Below, in pieces: positions 11,901 to 24,180 of a DNA stretch of 64,000 nucleotides. This stretch comes from Azolla caroliniana (taxonomy: Eukaryota > Plantae > Polypodiophyta): NCBI GenBank assembly GCA_043228905.1, contig JBHGNT010000011.1:19902001-19966000 (forward strand), given 5' to 3'. The stretch's first letter is position 1; each line of letters opens with the position of its first letter. The notes below the pieces were generated by a model. The model was not told where the DNA came from. It saw nothing but the letters and a program-made list of their open reading frames with translations, and did no database searches. A program made the position numbers and the translations under genes.

Positions 11901-14350
11901 CAGTCCCGACCGGCAAGGGACCGGTTAGCACTCAGGATCCGGCCGAAGACGGTGAAGAAACCGAACCGGCCGAAGAAGATGAAAATGATACCGGAACCGG
12001 CCCCGATCCCGAAATGGATTCGGATGAAGAAGAAGAATCGGAAGAACCGGTTACCGAAGCTCCCGAACGGAGATATCCTCTAAGAGAGAGAAGGGCCCCC
12101 CGGAGATTTCCGGAACCAGAGCACGTGCTGCTAACCGACGAGGGGGAGCCGGAGAGCTTTGAAGAAGCAAAACATGACACCCAGAGCCGCAGGTGGTTGA
12201 GTGCCATGCAGGACGAGATGGATTCCCTGCATGAGAACCACACATATGAACTTGTGGAGTTGCCGAAAGGAAAGCGGGCACTTCGAAACAAGTGGGTGTT
12301 CAAGCTGAAACCGGGAGATGCCGGAAACCCCCCGAGATACAAAGCCAGGATCGTGGTGAAGGGGTTTCAGCAGAAGAAGGGCGTCGACTTCGACGAGATA
12401 TTTGCCCCGGTAGTGAAGATGACCTCCATCCGGACGGTGCTGAGCGTAGCGGCAAGCATGGACCTCGAGGTAGAACAGATGGACGTGAAGACGACATTCC
12501 TTCACGGTGACCTCGATGAAGAGATCTACATGCAGCAACTGGAAGGATTCGAGAAGAAAGGGAAGGAGCACCTGGTATGCCGGTTGAAGAAGAGCCTTTA
12601 CGGACTGAAGCAGGCTCCCCGGCAATGGTACCGGAAGTTCGACTCCTTCATGACCGACGAAGGGTACCTCAAAACGCAGTCCGACCACTGCGTGTTTGTG
12701 AAGAAGTTCGAAGAAGGAGACTCTCTAATACTCCTCCTGTACGTGGACGACATGTTGATCGTCGGACGGGATCAGGTCAAGATACGGATGCTGAAGAAGG
12801 CTCTTCACCGAACCTTCTCAATGAAGGACCTGGGTCCGGCGAGGCAAATACTAGGGATGCACATCATCCGGGACCGGAAGAAGAAGCAGTTGTGGCTGTC
12901 ACAGGAGAAGTACGTGACGAAGGTGCTTCACCGGTTCAACATGTCGGAAGCAAGACCGGTCGGATCGACTCTCCCGGCAAACTGCAAGCTGTCCAGCAAG
13001 CAAAGTCCCAAGACATAGGCTGAAAAGGAGGATATGATGAAAGTGCCGTATGCCTCAGCCGTCGGGAGCTTGATGTACGCCATGGTGTGTACGAGACCGG
13101 ACATCGGATATGCAGTCGGAGTGGTGAGCCGGTACATGAGCAATCCCGGCAAAGAGCATTGGAACGCGGCCAAGTGGATACTCCGATACCTGAAGGGCAC
13201 GGCAAACGTGTGCCTCCGATTCGGCTCCGGTAAACCCGAACTCGACGGTTTCACCGATTCGGATATGTCGGCTGATGCAGATACCAGCCGGTCCACATCA
13301 GGGTATGTGATGACGTATGCAGGGGGAGCTGTTTCATGGCAGTCGAGGCTGCAGAAGACGGTTGCGTTGTCAACCACGGAGGCGGAGTACATGGCAGCTG
13401 TTGAAGCCGGCAAGGAAATAATATGGATGAAGGACTTCATTAGAGAGCTCGGTATCCAACAGGAGGAGTACCGACTCTACTGCGATAGTCAGAGTGCAAT
13501 CCACCTTGCGAAGAACGCGGCCTATCACTCCCGGACGAAGCACATCCAGCGAAGATATCACTGGATCCGGGAAAGGATAGAAGACAAGGAGTTCGTGCTG
13601 ACGAAGATCCACACGGACGAGAACGGGTCGGATATGCTGACCAAGGTGCTCACACCCGACAAGCTGGAAGCATGCCGGAAGAGGATCGGATTGGAGAGAC
13701 ATCCCATGCCGAAGTGAAGGGGGAGTTTGTTGGGATTTCGGTCCCTTTCGGATGGGATGGTCGGATATCGGAGATGAATGCCGACAAGCCCGGTTTCGGT
13801 TTCGGATCCGGATGACGAAGACCCCGGCTTCGGTGCCGGATGACGAATGTACCCGGAGAGCGATCCGGATGCAGGGACATATCCGTGAATATGTTCGCTA
13901 TGGGCCCCTGAGGCTATAGTTGTAAATAGCCCAAAGTCATATAAGTATAAATATGACTTAGGGCAAACAGTTTTACTGTTGCTTCTCATTTTTCTGTTTT
14001 TCCACTTTTAGAGGAGTGAAGAGAGAGCAGCCGTGAGAGAGAGAGCAGCCGTGAGAGAGAGAGAGCGTGAGAGAGGAAGAGGTCGACGCCTCTGTGTAAT
14101 ACCGCCGCCTGTGGCGAAGAAAGCGAGCTCAAGGTCGTTGCCTTGCAGCTCGCCATTGTATATTTCTCTGTGCATAGTTTGGTTTGGAGTCTCGCACTCC
14201 CGTGGTTTTTCCCGTATAGGGTTTTCCACGTTAATCCTTGTGTACTCGCGTCTTGTTTCTCCGTGTGGTTCCTATTTTCTGCTCCATTGATTCGCGATTA
14301 CTCGGTCGTGGCTGAGTGGAGAAGGTGAATCGAAGCGTCGATTCCCAACA
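8990..14350 (+). mobile_element. Young full-length Copia ('A') nested in the leader of B; LTRs 8990-9612 and 13728-14350
   Basis: The 623-bp LTRs appear identical (LTR-derived ORFs repeat exactly at offset 4738). TSD AGAAC (8985-8989, 14351-14355), PBS TGGTATCAGAGC at 9616, PPT GAAGGGGGAG. Confidence 0.97.
9642..13717 (+). pseudogene. Copia A gag-pol (gag, CCHC knuckle, PR, IN, RT, RNase H), with a 1-nt deletion at ~11933 and an in-frame TAG at 13016
   Basis: CFHCGKPGHFRKNC, WVVDSGASFH, VHTDV, RADNGGEY, LLYVDD and FTDSD in Copia domain order, spread over ORFs 9633-12083, 12014-13018 and 13034-13717. Confidence 0.95.
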
Positions 14351-14423
14351 AGAACCTCTGCTGCAGACATCTACGCTTGTGAAGGAAACCCTAACAGATC
14401 GGAAAACAGACACAAAAGGAGAA

Positions 14424-17400
14424 ATGGACAGAGGTATGGCTACATCGCTCCCAGTGGAGAAGCTCGACAGAACCAACTATGCATCTTGGTCATACAAGAT
14501 GCACCAATACCTGCTTGGGCATGGCTACTGGAGTTATGTCGATGGAGTGAACGAGTCAGCACCGGAGACGACACACAAGGACTTCCCAGTGTGGGAATAG
14601 GCGGCAAGCAGGGTGATGTACTGCTTCGCGTCCAGTGTCGGTGACCAACTGCTCAGCCATATCTGTGACGCCAAGACACCGAAGGATGTTTGGGGAAACT
14701 TGAAAAAGGTCTTTGCCGCAAGCACCATTGCCCGGAAGCTGCAACTCAAACAAGAGTTGAGCAATGTTCGACAGAAGAACATGTCGGTGGCAAATTACAC
14801 AGACCGGATCAAAGGGATCTGTGACTCGCTTGCCTCTATTAACGTCACCGTAGAGGAAGACGAGATGGTGCAGGTCTGTCTTGGAGGCCTGGCGTCCAAG
14901 TTCGGAGCTTTCCGGACTGCGGTTTGTATAAGGGAGAATACGCCCTCATTTTTCGACTTATAGTTGATGCTCCTTGTAGAGGAGAACCACGCCGGTGCAT
15001 CTACAAATGCATCCCCAAACAACCGGATGTTGTACACGAGAGCGGATCGGTCCCGCGGGCGTGGTGGACGAGGCAGGTCGGCACGCAATGGAGGCGGCCG
15101 GCAAGAGCAGGAACGAAGGCACAGTGAGCGTGCCGACAGCAGTTCCGAGACTTCCACAAGCAGGGGGAGTCAAGGTGGTGCCAGAGGCCGGCAAGACAAA
15201 TCCGCTACGGAATGCTGGTACTGTGGCAAAAAGGGCCATAGGGAAAGCGAGTGCTGGAGAAAGTGTGCCAATTCGGACAAATCCGGATCCGGCAAGACCA
15301 GTAAGGAAGGTCGGCAAAGCTCGCACTACGCAAACGGATCGGGAGGATCCAAGAGCGGTAAGGGGCCAGCCTTGGTGATGAAGCACAAGGCAAACTCAAT
15401 GAAGAAGACCACTTCCAAATCGGAGGAAGTGTGGCACGTTGACTTCGGTGCATTGAACCACATGACGAGCCACGAGGAGTGGTTCTCCTTTTTGGAGAAG
15501 TCGGATCAACCGGGAGTTGTCGAAACCGGAGACGACACTCCCCACCCGATCGTGCACGTCGGAGAAGTCCCTTTGAGCCACGTCGGACAGAGGAGGAAGC
15601 TGATGAATGTATTACATGTTCCGACAATCACGAAGAACCTGGTGTCGGTCGGACAGATCGTCGACCAGGGGATGCAGGTGCTGTTTACGCACCTCGGGTG
15701 CTTCATTGAGGATGAGGGCGAAGTTATTGCGCAAGGGCGCAGAGATGGGAGGATGTTTATCCTCAACACCAATGACATTGGCACCGCACTGTTCGCCAAA
15801 GGACAGAAGGTCGAGTCGGATATCGACCTGTGGCAGAAGCGGATCAGCCACATCAACTACCGGAGGCTTCAAGACCTGCAAACGGAACAAGTCGTTTTCG
15901 GTTTGCCGAAGTTTAGCGGCTGGAGAGCCCAGATTTGTGAAGCCTGCCAACTCGGGAAGCAACACCGGCTTCCATTCCCCACCGAAAGAAATCGAAGTCG
16001 TAACAAGCTTGATCTTATCCATTCGGATGTGTGGGGACCGGCACAAAATGTTAGCATTGGTGGGAGTCGATATTTCGTCTCCTTCATCGACGACTACACG
16101 CGGCATACGTGGATCTACCTCATTGAGCGGAAGAGCGAAGTCTTCGAGTGTTTCCGGAGCCTCCAGAAGATGGTGGAACGGGAATTGGAGAGGAAGATCA
16201 AATGCCTACGGTCGGATATCGAAAAAGAGTACTTTTCCGGCCAATTCAACAGCTATCTGCAACAAAAAGGAATTCGGCAAGAATTCAGCTGCAGATACAC
16301 ACCGCAATAGAACGGTGTGGCCGAAAGGAAGAATCGGTCGTTGATTGATGCGGCTAGGGTATTGCTGGAGGAAAAGAGCATGCCCAAGTTCTACTGGGCG
16401 GAGGCGGTCCAAATGGCCGTTTACATCCAGAACCGGATCGGGGACAAGGTGTCAACTCACGAGTTGTATTTCAGGCGCAAGCCGAATTTGAGACACCTCC
16501 GAATATTCGGCAGCATAGCCTATGTACATGTGCCGGATGAGAAGCGGAGAAAGCTGGATGCAAAATCAGAAAAATGCATCCTAGTCGGCTATGCTCAAGA
16601 GAAAAAGGGGTATAAGTGTTATAACCCCCGGACGAAGCAGGTCCGAGTCAGCCGAGATGTCGAGTTTGATGAATCGGCATCATGGTATTCCTTACCGACT
16701 CCGACTTCCGATCCCGACCCGATGTCGGAGGATGGGGCTAGTGAGCCCGAACCGGCCCGGGTAGAAAAAGATGAAGCCGGGACTCAAGATGAGAGTCCGG
16801 AATCGTTCCGGTTAAGCGAACCGAATGAGAGACTGGATCAGTGCAACCAGTCGGATGATGAGACGGCGAGTAGTGGAGACTCTGTCGTGGTCTCCCTGTG
16901 CAAGGAACCGAGGAGACGGTTCACACGCAAAGAGAAAAGGAAGCAAAAGATGCCGGAATTCGAGACCGGCAATGATGAGTCGGATCGGTGCGTATCTGAC
17001 TTCGGCAAGGACATAGGCAGATCTTCGGGAACGAAGTCCGAACCAGCCAAGAAGGGTCTCATACCGGGTAACGGTGAGTTACGCCGGTCCACCCGGCAGA
17101 AGGATCCCGTTAAATGGTACGGGTATAACGAGTACATGGCGCATCATTATGCGTACATGACCAAGGTCGCGGAAGTGCGTGAGCCGAAGAGCTACGCAGA
17201 AGCGGCAAAGGACGCAAATTGGCGTGCTGCTATGGAGGAAGTAATGCGGCCACTAGATGCCAACGGAACTTGGGACCTGCTTGACCCTCCCCGTCACTGT
17301 AAACCGATCGGATGCAAGTGGGTGTACAAGGTAAAGTACAATGCCAACGGTACAGTTAACCGGTACAAGGCCCGGTTAGTGGTGAAGGGTATGCGCAAAC

Positions 17401-18984
17401 CCACGGAATTGACTACGACGAGACCTTCGCTCCTGTAGCGAAGATGACGACAGTTCGTGTGGTATTGGCGGTTGTTGCGGCAAGGGGGTTGCATCTTCAT
17501 CAGATGGATGTGAAGAATGCCTTCCTTCAAGGAGATCTTGAAGAAGAAGTCTTTATGACTCAGCCCCCTGGATTTCAGTCGGAGGTGAGTAAGTCGGCAG
17601 TATGCCGGCTGAGGAAGTCGTTGTACGGCTTGAGGCAAGCCCCCCGTGCTTGGAATGCTAAGATCACGCACCGGTTGTGAAAGATGGGGTTTGTTGCCTC
17701 CAAGTCGGACTCTTCCCTGTTCAAGGCTCAAACGGTCTGGTATGTATCTTACTCTATGTTGATGATTTAGTCATCACCGGCCTAGGTCTTCCGGAAATCA
17801 ATTGCGTCAAGTCCCAGTTGTCGAACGCATTCGATATGAAGGACTTGGGGAACCTTCATTATTTTTTGGGGATCGAGGTGATCCGCACCCCCGACGACAT
17901 ATTGCTTTCTCAACGCCATTATGTGTTGAATATACTGTACAAGTTTGGCATGACGGAATGTCGACCTGTCTCCACACCCTTGGACCGGAATCAGAAGATC
18001 CGTCCCAACTCTGGACCAGCTTGCGATGAGAAACGGTTCCGACAAATAGTCAGAAGCCCGATCTACTTGACCATCACCCGACCCGACATTAGCTATCCGG
18101 TCGGAGTGGTAAGCCAATTCATGCAGAAGCCGACCGTGGAGCACCTTCAGTGTGCGCAACGAATATTGAGGTATGTAAACGACACTAAGGACCGGGGGCT
18201 CTTATACCGGCAAGGTATAACCGAAGAGCTTGTCGGCTACATGGATGTCGACTGGGCTGGTGATGCAATGGATTGTCCCTCAACTTCCGGCTTTATGTTT
18301 TCTCTTGGGAGCGTAGGTAAGAGAAGAACCGGTAGAGGTGGAGACAAGAAGAAAAATGAAGCCGAGTCAACGAAGGAAGTCGGAACATCCGAACAGGTCG
18401 GAGTGAGCGGCTGTGAAGAAGAAGTGTACACTCAGGAAGAGAAGTGCATGCTATGCGGAGGTCATCACGATCGTAATGGCCATGATGCGGAGTCGAATGA
18501 AGAATTCGACTTCGGTGAACCGGCTGAAGAAGCCAAGGGAAGCACGGAGAAGGCCAAGACCCGGACGTGGTCCGATGTGATGAGAGGCCTCAAGCCGAAA
18601 ATCAAATCGGAGGATACCGATTCGGACAAGAGCTGGAACAAGTCGGAGACAACCGATTCGGATCAACAAACGGATCCGGATGAGTCGGATCAACGAGAGG
18701 CCAAGGAAACACGGACGCAGCGGAAGTCGATGCCATCGCGGAGGAACCGACGGATCGACAAGTGCCGGAGTCATAGCAGCGAAGGAGCTGAGATGGGCCT
18801 ATTGAGCAGACATGCCGAAGGTCGAGGCGCGCAGAACCAAAGGGGTCGCGGCAAACGGGACCGGACCGGACAAGGAGCGCGAGCAAGGCGAAGCGACGCC
18901 AGGAGAAGTCGGTTGGAAGAATCGGCTGCCACAGAGGTTGACACTACGACCCTACCTCAGGTTGAGCTTGAGGGGGAGTGTTGA
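14424..18984 (+). pseudogene. Copia B gag-pol with stops and frameshifts; most of RNase H replaced by a charged C-terminal ORF
   Basis: VEKLDRTNYASW, CWYCGKKGHRESEC, IHSDVWGP, LYVDD and GYMDVDWAG. After FSLGS (~18312) the sequence is unrelated, low-complexity and open as far as the PPT. Confidence 0.9.
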
Positions 18985-19189
18985 GCGGCAAGCTCAACCG
19001 GAGCCGGATCGGCTGAATAAGCCTGAGCCGGTAAGCAAGATGAATCGGTATGCCGGTAAGCAGTAAGGATCGGTGAACTGGGGAGCCAGTATGCCGGATC
19101 CAATCCGTAATCGGAAGCCTAGTATAGGTTAGACTACTAGGTAGTTATAGTCTCGTAGTTAGTGTCAGATGCTCGTGTGAGCATTGAAG

Positions 19190-19754
19190 TAACAATCGGC
19201 AACGGTTCGGTTTGAACCAAACCGAACCGCGAAACCGCGGTTTTAACGGCTTAACGGTTTCAACGGTTCGGTTCGGTTCAGGTTTAGGTTTTTTTAACGG
19301 TTCGGTTCGGTTTCGGTTTGGTTTCAGCAGTCAAAAACCGCGGTTTAAACGGTTTAACGGTTTTTAATTTTTAATTTTTTTAATTTTAAAAAAAAATTTG
19401 AAAAAAATTCTAAAAAATTTTAAAAATTGTTTTTAAACAATCTTTTCATTTTTACTCTTATTCTCACATTTTAGGAACATCTTAAAAATTTTAAAAATTC
19501 TAAATAATGAAATATTATAAATTTAAAAATAAAATAAAATAAATTTGACCTATGTTGAAAACCGAAACCGAACCACGAAACCGTGGTTTTTACGGTTTAA
19601 TGGTTTAACAGTTTGAAAAAAGTTTAACGGTTTGGTTTAAAGGTTTCACGGTTCGGTTCGGTTTGGTTCAGGTTTCAACATTTTTTAATGGTTCGGTTCC
19701 AAACCGGTTCGGTTTGGACCCTCTCAAACCGAACCGAACCGTTGCCGATTGTTA
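19190..19754. mobile_element. hAT-superfamily non-autonomous element (MITE) inserted in the 3' LTR of Copia B
   Basis: TIRs TAACAATCGGCAACGGTTCGGTT / AACCGAACCGTTGCCGATTGTTA and 8-bp TSD CATTGAAG (19182-19189, 19755-19762). The empty site is visible in the 5' LTR. Subterminal AACCG/CGGTT repeats and an AT-rich core. Confidence 0.95.
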
Positions 19755-22744
19755 CATTGAAGTACACCGTACTTCTAACAGTCCCGTGTGGACTTGTATA
19801 AATAGCGCTGATGAGCGCGTTGTAGATATAGAGCACAGAGTATTCATATAATTTTGAAGAATAGTGTGTCCTGCTCTCTCTCTCTCTGTCTCTCTCGCGT
19901 ACTCTCTCTCTCTCTTTGTGTATTGTTCTTTCTAACGCTTCCGCAAGCAATCTTTAACAGAAACGTACACATTGCAAACGAAATGTGGGAGTATTTGCGA
20001 AAGATTCATCAACCATATGATGGGACAACAATTGTTTTTTCATTAAGATCAGTGATGAATTTACAAATGAAAGAAGGCAAACAGATCGACACATTTATAA
20101 TAAAGTGACAAAAACAATTAGATATAGCCATCTCCTCAGGTAATAATATCGATGAAATGTCCAAATGTGACATATTAATGGGAGCGCTACCAAAATCATG
20201 GATGACTTTTATAAGTATTCACAATGAAGATAAAAATTTAAACTTACAAAATCTAGTAGCAAAGTTAAACCAAGATGAACTACGAAGGAAGAGAATGAGT
20301 TCACAACACGAGGCTAGCCACATGGCTATGGCAACCTCAATGGGAAATAATCAAGGCAACTTTGCGAAGAAAAAATTTCAAGGATTTCCAAACAACCAAA
20401 AGTTTCAAGAGAAGAACAAATCAAATGGAATGGTTGGCTTTACGATATCTACAATCACATGTAGGTATTGTAATAAACAAGGTCATTTTGAAAAAGATTG
20501 TAGAAAGAAGCAATTTGATCGCAAAAGGAAGGAAAAAAGTCTTACTCTCAAATACATAGTGCATCATTGAAAAATGATAATGTAAGTTATTGTGAAGAAG
20601 ATGAAAACAACAATTTTATACAAGCTTTTACAAGTGATGCAAATGAAAGTAAATTAAATCAAAAGATAGGTAGTGACAACCTTTGGTTCTTCGACACCGG
20701 GGCGACACATTACTTGACAAATAATAGAAATCTTCTACATAACTACTGCCCCCTTCCACAAGCACTCCAAGTTACATTCGGTGATCATGGCACAAAAGTC
20801 GTCATAATGTGGCAAAGGGGAAGTACGCTTGTCTCTAAACAAATCAAAGACGGTAAGCATTCCAAATGTTTATTATGTTCCAGGTGTAATGAGAAACTCC
20901 TACACATAAAAATGGAACGAGTATACAATTCAATTATAATAATTTTGCGGTTATTTCTCATGAATTGCCTACTGGCGAGATGCGAAAAGTAACTTGCCCT
21001 AAATTTGGAATACTCTACCCTTTACAGATGATGGACAAAACTCCTATACAAGCCCTCTTTGCATCAAGCGCGTCACATATTGATCCTACAATGCTTTGGC
21101 ATCTCAACCCAAAGGCAAAGAAGACTGGTCAAGTTCATAAACTATTTGAAGGAATTCCAATGAAGTCATTTAGCTATGTGTCTATATGCGAGGGATGCAT
21201 CTACAGCAAGCAATGTCGACAGAAGTTTCCAATAGGCAAACAAAAAAGGACAGAAAGACCACTACAACTAATTCATTCAGACTTATGTGGACCGATGCAA
21301 TCTCTATTAATACATGGTAACAAGTATTTTATTTCGCTTATAGATGACTTCACAAGATTCACTGCATTATACTTTCTTAAGAAGAAATCAAGAGCATACA
21401 ATGCATTTTCAAGTTACAAAGCATATGTAGAAAATCAATGTCAACTTAAGATCTTGACTATTCGCACTGACAATGGAGGGGAGTATGTCAATGATGAATG
21501 GGCGAGGTTTTGTGAAGAAAATGGAATAAGGCATGTCAAGCATATTGTACCATACAACCCACAACAGAATGGTATATTTGAGCGTAAGAATCAAACCCTC
21601 CTAGATACAAGTCGAAGTATGCTTCAAGTTGTCGGGTTGTCTCTTCAATTCTGGCAAGAAGTAGTTGCCACTGCATGTTACCTACAAAACCAATCACCAC
21701 ATAAGATACTTGGTCTTGAAACACCATATTCACTTTGGTTTAAGCATAAACCTAACCTTAGTCATCTCCGAGTGTTTGGTTCGATCGTTTACAGCCATGT
21801 AACTACAGACAAAAGGAAGAAATTAAAATAAACTCCATCCCATACTATCTAATTTATATCGTGTCCACTAGGCCAATACAAAGCCTCAGAAGCAAACGAG
21901 ACAACCCAAAACTTCCTACAAATTAACATCTTCATCTTTCCACAACTATCGGATGTGAAAGCATCGAATCCTACGATAGCGAAGAGTCAAAGTGTCCTAA
22001 TCAAACGATTTAAAGGCTGACCAGCCTATTCACAAGATTCCATAGTTGCGTCGTGTTCACATACATGTTGGTAACGCCCGTTGTGATGACAAGGGATGCT
22101 CCATTGACATATTTGGAGAATTCAAAACCTATATGTATATATGCATGAATGAAAGTGAACATCGTGGGGGGTGTAGTAGTACATAGATGGTGAAATAGGC
22201 CCACCACTTTTAGAAGAGGAGGAATACATCCATCCCTAACTTTGGAGTGGTGCTTCGATTGTGGGCGATTATTTTTAAAAGAAATCGTTGGCTTCAGACC
22301 ACAAGGGCACCATATTCTTTGCTTTCTCCTTTTTTGGGGTCTGGGCAACACAGGCTACACAAGAATCCACGGATGCTTTTCACATCTAAGGTCTCCTTCA
22401 CGTACTTAAGCTGCTTTCTCTTAAACCGAAAGAAATTCTGCGCGCTTCCTATCCATCCATATCACACACACACACATATATATGTATGATTGCCCATCTT
22501 CTGCTGGTTAGTAATCTTCCTTCCTTTCCTCTTGCAGGCCTCAAAGAAAGAATTAAGTTGATTGATGTGTTGGTTTGGATTACGATCCGATCGAAAACAA
22601 ATCATACAGAACTTCGAAGAAGAAGAGGAGAATAGTTGACATGATTTGGGAAGCATGAATGCAATGTATAGGAGGCAATTGATCCACTAGTGGCAAAATC
22701 ATTAAATACATATATATTGGGCCACAATATTGGGATTTATAAAG

Positions 22745-23975
22745 ATGAGCTCTAGCAATTTGTCAATCAACAACATAAACAATGAAGTGGGATCTAGGGT
22801 TCCGTTATTATTACCTCGTGGCGCTAAAAGTACTGGAATGGGAAAGAAGAGGCATGGTAGTGGAAGAACGAAGTTTCGGCGCCATCATAGTTCCCCACAC
22901 CTTGATGTGGATATGGAGAATGAGCAAGGCATGCTGGATATGCAGACAATCATAAAGAACTACAAATATAGATATTATGTGTTTCCATTCTCAAGAGCAG
23001 CCCTTGTGTTCTTCATTTACTTGGGTGTTGGAGTGGGGTGTTTCTATCTCCTGGAACAGGATCTTCAAGGTGCCAGGACCGATTTCCGCATCTTGGATGC
23101 CCTCTACATGTGTATTGTCACCATGACGAGTGTTGGCTATGGAGACCTCACACCTCGTAGTGTGGAGTCCCGGCTCTTCACTTGCGCCTTCATTTTTGTC
23201 GGCTTCGGTCTCATGGGTTGGCTTCTGAGTGCGGCCGCGAATTTCCTCGTCGAACACCAGGAAAGAGTACTGCTCAAAGCTCTCTCTCTTAACAAGAATA
23301 AGTTTGCCGATGCCGATGCCGATGCCGATCCATCGCATCAAATGAAAAGGGTTCAATTGAAGGTTGTCATAGCTGCATTGGTATTTGTTGTATGTTTCGG
23401 CATGGGCTTGATAGTTCTCACAACCATCGAGGGTATGGATTTTGTGCAAGCCTTCTATTGTGTGTGTGTTACGATTACTACCGTCGGCTATGGTGATTAT
23501 AGCTTCCAAACCGTGGCAGGCCGTGCATTTGCCGTAGTGTGGATTTTGGTAAGCACAATAAATGTTGCTCAATTGTACCTTTATATAGTCGAATGGTACA
23601 TGGAATCAAGAAGATTATCCCTAGTGAATTGGGTCCTCAATCGAAAAACGACAATCTCAGATTTAGAGGTCGCCGATATGGACAATGACAATGAAGTAAG
23701 GTAATGTTTTTAATAGTTTTATAGTTTTATAATGAAGAGTTGATGATCCTGAAGTTCACACAATATGCTTTCATATATATATATATATAATAGAAATACT
23801 TTGTGATTCATGATGTAGTCCTGCGGAGTTCGTAATCTTCAAGTTAAAGGAGATGGGCAAGATCGAACAAAATGATGTGAATAATATTTTGAAGGAGTTC
23901 GATGCTCAAGATGTTGATAACTCGGGTACTTTATCCACCCGTGACCTAAATCTTGCACAAATATTGAGGGCTTAA
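22745..23975 (+). CDS. TPK: Two-pore (tandem-pore) K+ channel, TPK1-like, 370 aa; exons 22745-23700 and 23819-23975
   Basis: Two pore loops (TSVGYGD, TTVGYGD) with four hydrophobic helices and an N-terminal RRHHSSP (14-3-3-site-like). GT-AG intron 23701-23818 restores EVSPAEFVIFKLKEMGKI...DVDNSGTLS (EF-hands); stop TAA at 23973. Confidence 0.95.
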
Positions 23976-24123
23976 GCTGCACCATGATCCCTCCCCTATG
24001 TGTGATCATTTTCTATGGACAAACTTGCACTACTATTGTTAACAAGTATAGATTGTATTGATATTGGACATTGAAACTTGAGGGCTTGAATGAGTAAACA
24101 TTGTTTATGCTCTATCATAATGG

Positions 24124-24179
<56 letters not shown>

Positions 24180-24180
<1 letters not shown>

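Larger units (their letters stand above)
8533..19959 (+). mobile_element. Full-length Copia ('B'): 5' LTR 8533-8962, PBS 8963-8974, 3' LTR 18979-19959 (contains a MITE)
   Basis: TG...CA LTRs, TSD GAAAC (8528-8532, 19960-19964), Met-PBS TGGTATCAGAGC and PPT GAGGGGGAG. The two LTRs differ by several transitions and an indel. Confidence 0.95.
8111..21831 (+). mobile_element. Old AT-rich Copia ('C'), host of the nest: LTR end, PBS, gag split at 8532/19965, PR, GAG-pre, integrase; truncated at ~21831
   Basis: TTCTTACA followed by PBS-like TGGTATAAGAGC (8148). Gag ...EKLTTHNYKMWK...VNYVRN resumes as VHIANEMWEYL after 19964. Also CRYCNKQGHFEKDC, WFFDTGATH, IHSDLCGP and RTDNGGEY. Confidence 0.88.

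Noticed and set aside
11925-11945. Programmed frameshift between integrase and RT in A
   Set aside because: No slippery heptamer, and E is continuous here, so a single G deletion explains it.
13016-13024. In-frame TAG in Copia A as a programmed readthrough site
   Set aside because: The context TAG-GCTGAA lacks the CARYYA readthrough motif, the stop lies inside RT, and E and F have Lys there.
22991-23572. 193-aa antisense ORF over TPK (likewise ORFs antisense to RAV, the TFS2N gene and pol)
   Set aside because: Shadow frames of real coding sequence with no recognisable motifs.
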